Assembly: GCA_027923505.1 (NCBI GenBank)
Contig: BROI01000002.1
Span: 1,736,001-1,800,000 of the forward strand
From: Mayamaea pseudoterrestris
Lineage: Eukaryota
Direction: 5' to 3'
Length of the DNA: 64,000 bases
Shown one piece after another: positions 25,066-36,186 of the stretch (its first letter is position 1; each line of letters begins with the position of its first letter). The position numbers and the translations under genes were made by a program. The notes under the pieces are model-generated. The model did not search any database, was not told where the DNA came from, and saw only the letters and a list, made by a program, of their open reading frames with translations.

Positions 25066-25869
25066 CTACTCGGCACGCGCAGCAGTGGGCGAGGTAAATA
25101 CCGAGTAGACACTCTCCAAGCCATCGTAGTCTCCCGTTCCACCATCGCGTCCGCCTCCACCACCACGCCCGAGCAAGAAGCGTTGATAGGCGAGCCAATC
25201 CTCCAGCTTGCTCCAGGAGCGGCGAATCGACTTGATCAAGCGACGAATGGCGGGAGTTTTGGCACTTTCGGCGGTGGGAGCAGCCGATTCTGGAGTGGTT
25301 TCACCAGCAGCATTCGAGCCAATGCCCACGGCCGACTCTGGTAACGTGGCGGGAGTCTCATTAGTTGCATTCTTGCCCGCCGAATTGTGATGTTTCTTCC
25401 AAAACATCAACTTGCCGCGGAGCTTGGCCTTGTTTGCATCGCCTTGATTGGTCATGTTTGACCACTTGTCCTCCGACAAGGCGTATCCAGAGGACCGAGC
25501 CGCCTGCTCGGCCGAGATTGGTTTAGCAGCGCGGCGGGACACTGGTTTGGTCACTTTGGGCGCGGAGGTTGTCATTTCCTCCGTCGAAAAGAGTGCCTCC
25601 GGATTGTCGTCGCTGTCAAACGTCATGGACACTTCGGGATCGTAGATTGTTGCTCGAGGCGCCAAGAGGTTCATAAAGCTTTCGTTCAATCCGTTGCCCA
25701 ACAGTCCCGAGCCACGACGAGGCGATGATTCCTTCTTGATATCGTCTGGATGGTCCGGCACCTTGAATGTTTTTTCGCCAGCAAGCGACGGACGACGAGC
25801 GTATGACGGTGACTGATCGACGAGCGACGGAGCACGGAGGAGGCTTGGAATGGACGGGCGACGAAGCAT
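25066..25869 (-). CDS. Hypothetical protein with repeated RRPS/RRGS motifs; probable start ATG 25869
   Basis: Long ORF with protein-like composition; no recognisable domain. Confidence 0.6.
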   Translation of the reverse strand: MLRRPSIPSLLRAPSLVDQSPSYARRPSLAGEKTFKVPDHPDDIKKESSPRRGSGLLGNGLNESFMNLLAPRATIYDPEVSMTFDSDDNPEALFSTEEMTTSAPKVTKPVSRRAAKPISAEQAARSSGYALSEDKWSNMTNQGDANKAKLRGKLMFWKKHHNSAGKNATNETPATLPESAVGIGSNAAGETTPESAAPTAESAKTPAIRRLIKSIRRSWSKLEDWLAYQRFLLGRGGGGGRDGGTGDYDGLESVYSVFTSPTAARAE

Positions 25870-26229
25870 GATGCGAGTAATCGATGATATTGGTCGAAAT
25901 TGTGAAGAGTTGGAGAAAAATGTGAGACGAAAATGGGAATGAAAGGGTTGCAATCTTGCTTGTGCCCGAGAAACTGTGATTCGAAAGGAACCAGAGTCAT
26001 CGCGATGAAACTGTCATTGATGTCAGCGTCCCTCCGGTATTCATGCTACCGCAAGTGCATGAGACTAAAAATCCATTACGCCGGCAAATAGGCGCAAACT
26101 GCTACATAATGTATCATATACAAGTTTACTGGCATTTGAAGAACATATATGCGCGCCTTATAGGTTAAAAATCAGAGTTGCGTCGATGTACAAAAGGGCG
26201 CGGGACAGAAACATAAGCCTACGTCCATG

Positions 26230-26793
26230 AGGCTCTCATTCGTTCGGATCCAGCCACGTCCATTTAATGTGATATACATTGATGCACTTTACTACATAGG
26301 TGATCATAACAGATGAGACGCTCTATGTCATTGACATTGGCACAAGCAGTCACTTGTAATCCTCAAAACAAGAACACGGCGCGCGTTGGTAAAAGAAGCG
26401 GCAAATGTTTCGCAGACAGGTCAAGTCGCTCAATGCCAGGTCCGTCGTTTGACACGCCTTGTTTAAGCTCGCAGTCGAGTAGGCTTCCTCAATGTGCAAC
26501 ACCACCATGGCCAAGTTCAACAGCTGCGACGGTGTCGCCTTGCTGGAAACGACAACACTGTCTCGTGGTTTCACCATGTTGAGAACGAACGATACAAGCA
26601 AGCCGTGCAGAGTACTATCCATGAGTTTCCAGCTGCGAGACGCTTCCTCCATCATTTGCATCTCGAGAAGAGGATCAGTCACATCCAGTCGGCTGGTTCG
26701 AATGATGCGTTTCAAGAGGCACTTGTATCGATTGGCTGCATCATTTGCGTCATTTCTAGTGTAGCCATGGTCGCAATTAGAGTCCATTGGCAT
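26230..26793 (-). pseudogene. Probable decayed member of a diatom MYND-finger-associated family
   Basis: ORF from MPMDSNCDHG to ICRFFYQRAPCSCFEDYK-stop; a shifted frame downstream reads CANV...LCSKVHQ, like a broken MYND finger. Confidence 0.4.
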
Positions 26794-27189
26794 GATTGTA
26801 GGAGTGTTTAAGCTGGTTATGACGAGGAAAGAAGAGCAAGTCATGCGATAATGGAGTGATAGTGCACTCGTCGCTCGCATGTTTCGAAAAACCGGAAGAC
26901 AAACCAGTGTGCTTGGAAGCGCGCGCTGGCACAGCTGTGACACGCTCATGAGCAAATAAAGTCGCACCACCACTCTTTCAAATCAAGCGGCGCGCCACGA
27001 CTTGCGATCCATTTTCGTGCCTTCCGACCAGGATCGTTTCGTCCAACAGACTTTCTATAAGGAGCAATGAGATAGATGTATAGCATAGATTTAAGAGATA
27101 TCTTTGTGTTAAAGAGCAATCAGTGGAAGTTTGCAGTGGGAGCTACAGGCTGAGGGCTGCGCCAACCGCCAATCATCCATCACTCATCG

Positions 27190-30100
27190 CCATGCCGCAT
27201 CTCATTGTCTTGGGCCGGTCGCGCTCGCTGATTCAGATACAGACACTGCATCACACCGTCACAAAATTGCTTCGCTTCGCTCAACATGACAGGATTTTCC
27301 GATATCTGAAACAAGTGACTGGCTGCCGGAGTAGCTGCCGTTCCATCCATGTCGTCTGGCGCATGATGCAGGATGTTCTTCACATAGTCAACCATGTTGA
27401 TTGCTACTTCAGGCTTAGTATAGTCCAATACCATGCTGAGGTAGTCGCACTTTTCCGCGTGACTTATTCATTGAGTCTCCTTACAACTCTCATCCATCTG
27501 CGCGATGAACTCATCCACTACGCCTCACGTCGACGTGCGAAATCTCTAAATCGTCCACGTGCCATCCCACATTTGCTTCCCATTGACAATCTTGCTGCAC
27601 ACACACGGATCGCAATGGGTTCTTCTCGAAGCCCCACTCGCCAATTTTGCGGACAACTCTCCCAGAATAGTCGCGCTGCTCGAAGCGTACCATAAAGCGC
27701 CAAGTGAGTAATTCAACATACACTTTCGCCATTCTCCATTGTGACGCAAGGCTCGTACATCCTCGCGATCAATTTCCCAACAGTAGCTCCACCATCTTCC
27801 CAGTGAAACGAACCACCAACTCTCATCCATTTCGCCTGCATGAAAGCACCCGGTACATCAACCACAGCAACCTCGCGCCCTTCCATAGCGTCAATGATAG
27901 CTGTCAGAAAGATGGCCTCTGTCGCTATCTGTCGGAGATGCCGCGTCTTCTCCTTTGCAGTGCGCTCGTTGCTTGCGTCCATGCGCATCCGCGTCCCTTC
28001 ACAGTCCCGCATCTCTTGCGCTTGAGAAACATCAAAACGCCGAGAGCGGTCCTGAGCTGCGGGAGTCAGAGAGCGCATTGGGGACCGCCTTCATGACGCC
28101 TGTCGCAGACTGCTGCATCTCCCTGCGCACCGCCTCCACTCCAGCATCGCCAAAAGTCTTTAAACCTCCTTGTCGCACATTCATTCGTGCCGGGACGAGT
28201 GGCTCCGACACTTCCTCTGCAGCGTCGAGCGTAACAAATGAGCGAACGAGCAGGTTTGCGCGCACGTGCGCCATACCGACCGTGCGTGCGGCCATAGCGC
28301 GCATCGAAATCCTCTCGCCCGCAGCAGCCGGCACCCCACTTTCGCACCGGGCACTCCTTCAATTTCGCCATCATCCACGGCTGGCTCGTCGTTCGCCGTC
28401 AATGGCCCTCACCATCCTCGTCGTTCGGCACCCCTCCGATTGCGCCGTCAGCACCATCGTCGTCGTCGTCGTCGTCATCGGTCGCATTTCACTCTTCGCT
28501 TCCGCCGGCAGAGTCGTCGTCACCGCGAGAAGCGTCGTCATCATAATCAGTCATCATCATCATCCTCGGCGTCATCTTCGTGCCACATGACTGGCCCAGC
28601 AGCCCCGCAGTGGCGGTCCATGAACACGATGCCCTCGGATTGGCTCTTTCTGTTGACGAGCGAGACGATGCCGCGCTCAATGACATCAGGCATGGGCAAA
28701 GGCGTAGCGTGCCCATCGATCCAGAACTGCCCGAAGACAAACTGAGGAAATAAAACCCACCCGTGCATACCAGCGGGCGAGAGCCAGCGGCACCGATCGT
28801 GCGCGCCTGCATGTCATTGAGCAGTGCACTCATGCGCTGGCACAGACCCCGACCAAATTCATACTTGCAAGCGATTAAAGTCAACCGTCTGACCAGCACA
28901 ATAGTGGACTGAGATCCTTCGAAATGCCACGCTCGTTCGGAAACGCATTCAACCAAAACACGGCAGACTTCGTCAATTCGATAACCGGGCGTGCCGGCAC
29001 GGCTTAAATGGCAACGTGTGTAGCGTCGCGCGCACCCGTTCTTTCACGACACGGAAAAACGTTCACCTTCGCCAACGTGTTCATCCTCAGATGTCGCAGA
29101 GCGCCACCTGAGATCAGCCAACGCGCCAGCACTGGAGCGAACTCCCCCATCCATCAGAGCCGCGACGACACGGAAACCCACCGCGTGCGTAAATCTTCAA
29201 CACAGACTCGATTGCCTTCAACACAACCGGAAGCGTACGGTTTTGAATCACCTCAACCGTAGCAAAACGAATGCTGCGGGAGAACGTCACCAACATAGGG
29301 ACTTTGTTGATATACATGATGTCAGCACAAAGAGTAACGTCTCGATAGCGACTACGATAGCCGGTGGAAGCTGCTCAACAATCGCAGGACTTCACCAGAC
29401 GCGACGCGCGACGCGTCGTCTTTCCTTTTAACAGAGCCAACATCTGGTCCAAAGATGTGCTCAGCAGCCAGGATGTCGGCCTTCGTCACAGGACAGTTCG
29501 GCAACTGATTGCTAGTAACGATGCGAGGTAACCTCGGGGCTTGGCCGTCCAATTTGATTTGCAGTTCCCAGCTCTAACAGCGCGCAAATAGTCATCATTG
29601 GTGTAGTTAGTACGGTTACGGTCTACCGTAGTCGACCGCCACCCATCCTTGACATCGCTGCGCTTGCCCTTCGAAAAGCTCTCGCAAACATACAGCCCAG
29701 AGTCAGTCTCGACAAACTCGCTGCTTACCATCCGGCTTCTCCACAACGAACATTGACGATCCACGCCGGGCATGAGATACTCCACGGAAACTTTTTGCGA
29801 CTTGCGCCAAACTCAAAATGTTCGCCAGTCCCTGCGGATACCACCACACCGGACCATAGCCCCCAGGTCGCCCATCATGTTCGTCCCTACTGTACCAGCG
29901 TTGCACTGATCACCATCCACGTTGGCACCGGGCGAATGTTCGTCAGCACCTTGGCGTTGCAGAACAGATCCACTGTCGACTGATTGTCCAAGAGCACAGC
30001 CTTCTTCGAGATGTTCACCTTCGGCGGCTGCGCGAACATGTATCCGAACCTCATCGTCGTCATCGCTTTCTTTCCTCGCTACCCAGCGCGAAGTGCTGCG

Positions 30101-31339
30101 CCCCACTAGCCCTGCAGCCGGCGCACTCTCCGTAGACTCCGTTCTCGTAGGACAGTCTCCGCTGCACATGACCAACCTGTTGACAGGTCCAGCATCTGGG
30201 AGGGTCACGCGCTACCAGTCGTGTGAAAACGCCACGCCCTCGTTCGTTGGCAACGTGGCTTCTCCACCGCATGCTCACGACGCTGCATGAGTTGTATGCA
30301 TCGGGATCGTCAACGGAAGTTGTCGTGCCCGTCGAGGTAGCAGTTGCGCAAGTGCGCAATACCCAGCGTATTCGCCCGTTGCGCCACGCACGAAAAGCAT
30401 CGCAAGCTCGAGCTCTCCGGCGGCCTTGATATCCTCCTTGTTCGCCTTGTTACCGATTGTCATCCTTGGCAATGTTCAACGCCACAATCTCGTTGTGCAT
30501 CGTGACGCCAACCGCCTTCGCCACGTCTGCCAGCGTGACCATGCTTTCGTAATATTTCTGCAGGCTTTCGCGCGCCTTGAGTACGTCCGAACAACTCAGC
30601 TTGAATGTCCACGACTTGATCCACAAGTTTGCAGCGCCCTTCGTACGTATGCGAGATCTCCTTGATAATCGCCAGCAACTTAATTCCGTCCGTGTCCTCC
30701 CGGCGTCTCGAACTTGGCGTGCGACTTGACACGATCCTTCATACGCTCCGTGCATTGTCCATGCAACACGGCGTAGAAACCAGCGAGAATCGGAGTATAC
30801 ACGCACGCGCTCGACATGCTCTTTCTTGTCGGCCTTGTATTCCTCGAGCATTATGGACCAGTCCGAGTCCGTCGTGTCGGCATCCTTCGTTGGACGTGCA
30901 GGCTCGTCAGGAATCTCCAGTTCCACGTTGCGCAGGCCCTTGAGCACCTCCCGGTATATTTTCAGGAGCGCCCGACGAAAGTGATGATCTCGTTCGTCGT
31001 ACGGATGAATCCATCGGGATCGCGCGAACCGTTATAGTCGTAGATGAATCCAGCGAGCGTCGGCTCGCTTCCTTGGAAATTTCCACTCGGCGCACGACTC
31101 GGTCCGTTGAGTTCTCGTTTGGAGAAAATGTTGGATCTAGAATATATCTTGCGCGCCCTTGAAGCGACACTAATGATTAAGCAGAACAGAGTCAATAAAA
31201 CCACTTTACTTATTTTCTCCAAGAAGTGATCGTCCTCGATCCACTCCTTCGGTTGCCGCTTACCGCGCTTACTTAAATGTGACCGTCTTCGTGACGTCAC
31301 CGCTGCCGCTTCGGTTTGGGTTCTCATCCATGCTCAACA
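27190..31339 (-). mobile_element. Ty1/copia (CoDi-like) LTR retrotransposon relic, heavily frameshifted and 3'-truncated (no RNase H or 3' LTR seen)
   Basis: In copia order on the minus strand: gag FQGSEPTLAGFIYD, zinc knuckle CWTCQQVGH, protease VLLDNQSTVDLFCN, ANILSLAQV, integrase AEHIFGPDVGS and MYINKVPMLVTFSRSIRF, RT IDAMEGREVAVVDVPGAFMQA, ALYGTLRAARLFW, WHVDDL. Confidence 0.93.
31129..31339 (-). repeat. Candidate 5' LTR (211 bp) of the copia relic
   Basis: Bounded by TGTTG...CAACA inverted termini, upstream of gag, with its outer end at the point where the HAD-like reading frame begins; no second copy in the window. Confidence 0.6.
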
Positions 31340-32045
31340 CAAGCTGGCGCAAACCAAAGGCTTCTTTTCGCACTTGCCGTGGATGTCGGACGGCAAGCAA
31401 CTATGGAAGACGTTGCTGCAAACAATTCAGAAACCAGTTGAAAAGGAAGAGACGAAAGCATCATCATTTCAATCGACCATGCAGCTTCGCATTCTGACTG
31501 GTTGTCCCATGTTCCACGCCGCCGCGCACGACAAGTACCAATGGTGCACGCGCGAGCTTGGCTTCGCCACCCTGCACATACCAAAAACTGGCCCCAAGCA
31601 TCAGCAGCGCGACCCTTTGAAACAATGTCTCAACAAGATTCAAATTGTCACCTGTCGATCCAAGGAGAAGCATCTGCAGAGTGGAAGGAATTGGTGCGTT
31701 TATTGTAATTCGAATGAGTGTAATATTGCTCTTGGTATCTTCGCTCGATACGCATCCTTAAATCATTACTCATACTTTTTCTCTCTGCTCAGTATATTGA
31801 TTGACGACCGACTCGATCTCCAAGCTGCATGGGAGCAAAAAGGCGGCATTTTCATACATCATACCAGCACGGCAACGACCCTGCAGCAGTTGCAAGACAA
31901 GGGAATCTTGACGGCGGAAACGCTTGCCAAGATGAATGAGAATAAAAATGGAGACGAAAATGCCAGACCAAGTGCAACGGAGCAAAAGCCTGTCGTCATG
32001 TATCCAGAGGACGAAGAACCTGGAACGGACGACGAAGAATACTAG
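31340..32045 (+). pseudogene. 5'-truncated HAD-superfamily (5'-nucleotidase-like) gene; intron 31694-31792
   Basis: FFSHLPWMSDGKQLW...ILTGCP...KYQWCTRELG...C|ILIDDR...WEQKGGIFIHH; no ATG or DxD motif I upstream in frame (stop at 31227). Confidence 0.7.
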
Positions 32046-32134
32046 CTGTAGATGATAGTACCTTGTACCGGTACTTTGTACATAATACAGACGAATAGAA
32101 CGCAACAATTGATAAATAAATGCAAATAGCTTGT

Positions 32135-33142
32135 CTATTTCCTTGCTCCTCGTTCTCGTCCAGTTCCAAAGTCTAGAGACTTGAAAACAAACTTGAGCCA
32201 TTCCGGTTGATTGGCATCGTCACTGTCGTCGCCGTCCTGCGTCGCAAAGGCGAATCCATAACTTGCCGCCAACACGGCAAGGTTCAACGCCCAAATAATT
32301 TCGGTATCTCGTGTCAGCACTGGCGCCAGCAAGCTAATGAGCGGCGTGCCCAAAAACGCAATATCTAGCGCCTTCTTTTCAAATCCCTTGGGCCGCCGAC
32401 TCCGCAACGACGGCACGACAAAAAGCCACCACCACCAGTAGCCAAGCACCTTGATGGAAATATCCATGTTATACGAGTAAAACCATCCAAAGCCACCGAA
32501 CAGTGATTCCGGATGCGTCGCCATGACATAGGAAAGACCAAAGCTTGCCACGGCTTGAAACAGAAATACATTCTTGAGCCAGCCTCGAAAGACGGATCTT
32601 CGCTCCATGAGCAAGTCGCCTTCCTTCTTTTGAATCTTTTTGCGCAAAACGTCAGCATCCGAGCCGCCGCCACCGGCGTCGCATTGCGCCGTTGTGAGAA
32701 AGGAAATGCTTAATTCATCGTTACCGCTGGACGCAGCGGCACCAATAACTTTTGCTCCCGTCAGCTGCGCCAACTGACTCCGCATCGAATACAAGTCCCG
32801 CTCCAAGTTGACCACCTTGGCCGGATTCAGCAGCTCATCCAGTGATACTCCAAAGTCTCGCTGAATGCCTTGATCAATGGCAACCACAAAGGGATCGTCC
32901 GAGGTCAAATCGCCCTCCTGCGGCAAGCTCCATCCAACGTTGGACAAGGCTGATTCTGTTTCGGCGCGCACTTGGTTCTGTTGCATCTCTTGGTCTGTTG
33001 GTGACATGTATAGTGGTTGTTTTGACTTTAAATTATGCCGTGCTTGATGAAAATTTCTGTAGGATATTGATTGTCTCGCTGGAGCAAATGCACCGACATG
33101 ATGCGTAATACATGCAACTGCTGCAAGTATTAGCAAATTCAT
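32135..33142 (-). CDS. Conserved-looking, probably plastid-targeted multi-pass membrane protein; probable start ATG 33142
   Basis: MNLLILAAVACITHHVGA-FAP bipartite-type signal; hydrophobic segments including LGYWWWWLFVVPSLRSRRP. Confidence 0.75.
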   Translation of the reverse strand: MNLLILAAVACITHHVGAFAPARQSISYRNFHQARHNLKSKQPLYMSPTDQEMQQNQVRAETESALSNVGWSLPQEGDLTSDDPFVVAIDQGIQRDFGVSLDELLNPAKVVNLERDLYSMRSQLAQLTGAKVIGAAASSGNDELSISFLTTAQCDAGGGGSDADVLRKKIQKKEGDLLMERRSVFRGWLKNVFLFQAVASFGLSYVMATHPESLFGGFGWFYSYNMDISIKVLGYWWWWLFVVPSLRSRRPKGFEKKALDIAFLGTPLISLLAPVLTRDTEIIWALNLAVLAASYGFAFATQDGDDSDDANQPEWLKFVFKSLDFGTGRERGARK

Positions 33143-33454
33143 TCTGAATACAATATACAACCAAAATATGGAGCCTTGATGTCTTTGGCTTGTCTCTCTT
33201 GACTCGAGTTGAAGAAGAATGCAAGAATGCCATGGTGTCGCGCTCATTTTCGTTGTCGACTGACGCACAAAACGATTACCGCTACGACGTTTGTAGATAC
33301 GCAGTGCGACATGATCGTGACAAGCAACGATGACGTTTCTCGCGGCGCCCGCGAACTCCACCCTTCAACCTCCGTTCACTTATTTCCATCATCGTCCATC
33401 ATTCGGACGACGATTGACGACGTAGCATTCGTCTGCTAGACTACATTAACAATA

Positions 33455-34414
33455 ATGAGACTGCTTCGTCCGACACTGATGCTCTTCTTGGGCTCATCAA
33501 GGGCCTTTCAACCAGCCATTGCAAACAGGTGCTTGTCTCGCGCAGCTACTTCCTCCCTTTCTGCCTTTACACATTTCAAAACACTTCGAAACATGTCGAC
33601 GGAATCAACCGAAACGGATACTCCCGTCGAAAGTAGCAATAGCAATAGCAACATTGTTCCATTCACGAAACCGGAACGCGTCATTCACTCCGACTTGCCC
33701 GTCGTCTACGTCTACGACCACTGCCCCTTTTGCGTCCGCGTGCGACTGGCGCTCGGCCTCAAGAACATCAAGCACACGGCACTCTTTCTCGCCAATGACG
33801 ATGTCAAGACACCAACCGCACTCATTGGCAAAAAGATTGCTCCCATTTTCGAGTGGAAGGAAGCCAACATTGTCATGCCAGAGTCAATGGATATCATCAA
33901 GCTCATTGACAGCGACGAACGATTCGGAGCGCCCCACTTGATCAAGCCTTCCTCGGGCCGCACCGACCTCAAAGACTGGCAGTCGAGCACGCGCGACTTG
34001 CTGCGCGTGCTGCAGCGACCGCGCTACGTGGCGACTGGCTTGCTTCCAGAGTTTCAGCAGCTGGATGGCCGTCACGCGTTCATCTTCAAGCATGAAATGC
34101 CTCCCTACAATAAGGAGTCATGGAAGGAACTACCAATGAAGGAGAAGCTTGCTATATACGCCGAAGCCATGTCCAAGGACCCGGCCGATGACATTGAGGA
34201 GTTGAACCGCAAGTTGGTGGAACTGAACGATATTGTCACGTGCGAGCATCACTGCTCGCCGGGTGGACTATGTTTGGATGACATTGATTTATTTTCGCGT
34301 CTGCGAAGTATTACCATTATACGAGGCGTGGAATGGCCGAGCAAGCTGCGAAAGTATATGAATCATTTGAGTGAAATTGCGGACGTGCCATTGTACGATG
34401 AAATGGCGTTGTAA
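33455..34414 (+). CDS. grxB: Glutaredoxin 2 (GrxB-type, GST-fold) with N-terminal targeting peptide
   Basis: YVYDHCPFCVRVRLALGLKN...LANDDVKTPTALIGKK...MPESMDII...DDIDLFSRLRSITII.GVEWP; signal ending SRA-F. Confidence 0.9.
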   Translation: MRLLRPTLMLFLGSSRAFQPAIANRCLSRAATSSLSAFTHFKTLRNMSTESTETDTPVESSNSNSNIVPFTKPERVIHSDLPVVYVYDHCPFCVRVRLALGLKNIKHTALFLANDDVKTPTALIGKKIAPIFEWKEANIVMPESMDIIKLIDSDERFGAPHLIKPSSGRTDLKDWQSSTRDLLRVLQRPRYVATGLLPEFQQLDGRHAFIFKHEMPPYNKESWKELPMKEKLAIYAEAMSKDPADDIEELNRKLVELNDIVTCEHHCSPGGLCLDDIDLFSRLRSITIIRGVEWPSKLRKYMNHLSEIADVPLYDEMAL

Positions 34415-34758
34415 AATTGTAGGCGGCCATGTTGATGTATCACTATAGCTTGAGTCTTTTTTCACTGTTACGTTTAACAAGCGGGTCGTTTTCATGTGCT
34501 GATGTATTTATACATGGTTGGCTGTAGCTGCATGACTAATGTGGCAAGGCAGCGTGGGTTGACTGCAAATCATGCATATCCGCAAACCTTTTACAACTTT
34601 GACATGCACCACTTTTGACGATACAAAAATGTTTCATAAAGTGTAGATATTAACTTGTAAACGAGATATATATCGACCAGTAATAAGTTAACGCGTCGGA
34701 GAACTCATTTGCAAAGCTACCCATTGATATACTCGCTCACTTGCTGCTCCCTTTTAAA

Positions 34759-35358
34759 TTAATGATTCGAATCGTCCATGTCCGTCATGAACCTTCTCGA
34801 ATGAGCATTGTCTCCGCTTCCGCCTCCTTGTCCATTGGGCTGGCGACAATCCAAATCGGCCCAAGCGTTTCTGACTCGCTCCAAAAGTCCGTTGAATTTG
34901 GGCAGTCGAATGCTTCGTGGCAATCGCAGTCGATTAGTATTTCCGTAGCGTTTACTCTTTCGACTCTTATGATGATGACTGCTTTCATTGGCACTATCCG
35001 ACGAGCAAGCGGATGTGGATGGATCGTTGCTATTGTTGTTGTACTCATTGTTGGAGCGAAAGGGCAGCAAGTTTTCAAAGGACGCGTTGGAATCTTGACG
35101 AGACGGCGCTGCTGCCATCGAGTTGAATCTGTGAGTATCATCATGATTGCTTTCGCTTGGATCGTCGAGAAAGATTGGACGTTTGCGGGGTGCCTGCTTG
35201 GCTGCTACTGGCGCTGATGCCGACTCGCTTGACCTGGGCTCGCGTTGCTTCTTGCTGTTGAGCTTTGGCCCCGCGACGGAGTCGTTGCGAATCTTGGCGC
35301 GCAGCTCCTTCGAAACGTTATCGTCGCACTTGATTCCGGTTTGAGCAAATGCTACCAT
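34759..35358 (-). CDS. Hypothetical low-complexity protein, possibly the last exon of a spliced gene
   Basis: 199-aa ORF; a CTAAT..CAG acceptor-like sequence lies just upstream (~35370). Confidence 0.45.
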   Translation of the reverse strand: MVAFAQTGIKCDDNVSKELRAKIRNDSVAGPKLNSKKQREPRSSESASAPVAAKQAPRKRPIFLDDPSESNHDDTHRFNSMAAAPSRQDSNASFENLLPFRSNNEYNNNSNDPSTSACSSDSANESSHHHKSRKSKRYGNTNRLRLPRSIRLPKFNGLLERVRNAWADLDCRQPNGQGGGSGDNAHSRRFMTDMDDSNH

Positions 35359-36025
35359 GGTATCGTTATTCTGAGATTAGAGAAAGAGATGCAGCAACGT
35401 CCATGGAGAGTCGGATGAAAATGAGATGCACATCATTCGATCCATTGGCACCGCGCCGCTTCAAGACCGCAGTCGTGCGCAAGGACGAATGACCCAATGG
35501 AAACGTCCGGGGGCGTATCAGGCCCAATCAATCTTGTAACGCCCCCTGCCTAATGACCGTACGGAGTATCTTTTCAAATGTCACACTTTTCATTCGCGCT
35601 TTCGTGCCGGTTTCGCCAGATTTTGCGATCTTTCGTTTCTTCGATGCATTCGCCATCCGCCATACACTTGCCTCAACACCATGTCGTCGTCAAGCGCTTC
35701 CTTCCATCGCAAGGTGCTCTGCTCCAGTCTAGGTGTAGTGCTTGGAGCATGGGCCTTTTACATGACGCAAAAACTCATTGTTGAACCAGAGTTTGTCTCC
35801 ATTGGCAAAACATGCAGCAACCACGGAGCAGATTCCGACGTTGACGACGATCAACTCCACGCTTACGAGCCACTCCTTGGATTCAAAGTGCTGGAACCCT
35901 TTGTGTGCCTCATGACGCAGTTCATGCACCAGTTAGTCGAGTCACATCCAGCCGGTTTGTTGACGTGGGGCACCACCATGATGATCGCCTTGCCAGCAAT
36001 TTGTCTCATGCTAGTGGAGGCGGGG

Positions 36026-36186
36026 TGACATACCGTACAGGTTTGATCAAAGAGTGAAATTATGATAGAAGTGCTTATGCTACTTTTGGTGCAGAAAGGT
36101 GTGATGTGGCCTCTCGAAGGCTACTCTTCAAGTTCCACGGGGAACCTATCACCCGGTATTCCAGGCGGCACTTCCACGTCATGGCA
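36026..36186 (-). repeat. 3' LTR (161 bp)
   Basis: Identical by eye to 39111-39271; preceded on the minus strand by purine-rich GGGAAGCGAA (PPT-like). Confidence 0.95.

Noticed and set aside
26984..26988. CAAGC as the left TSD of the copia element
   Set aside because: Matches 31340-31344 but has no adjacent LTR; a 5-mer match is expected by chance
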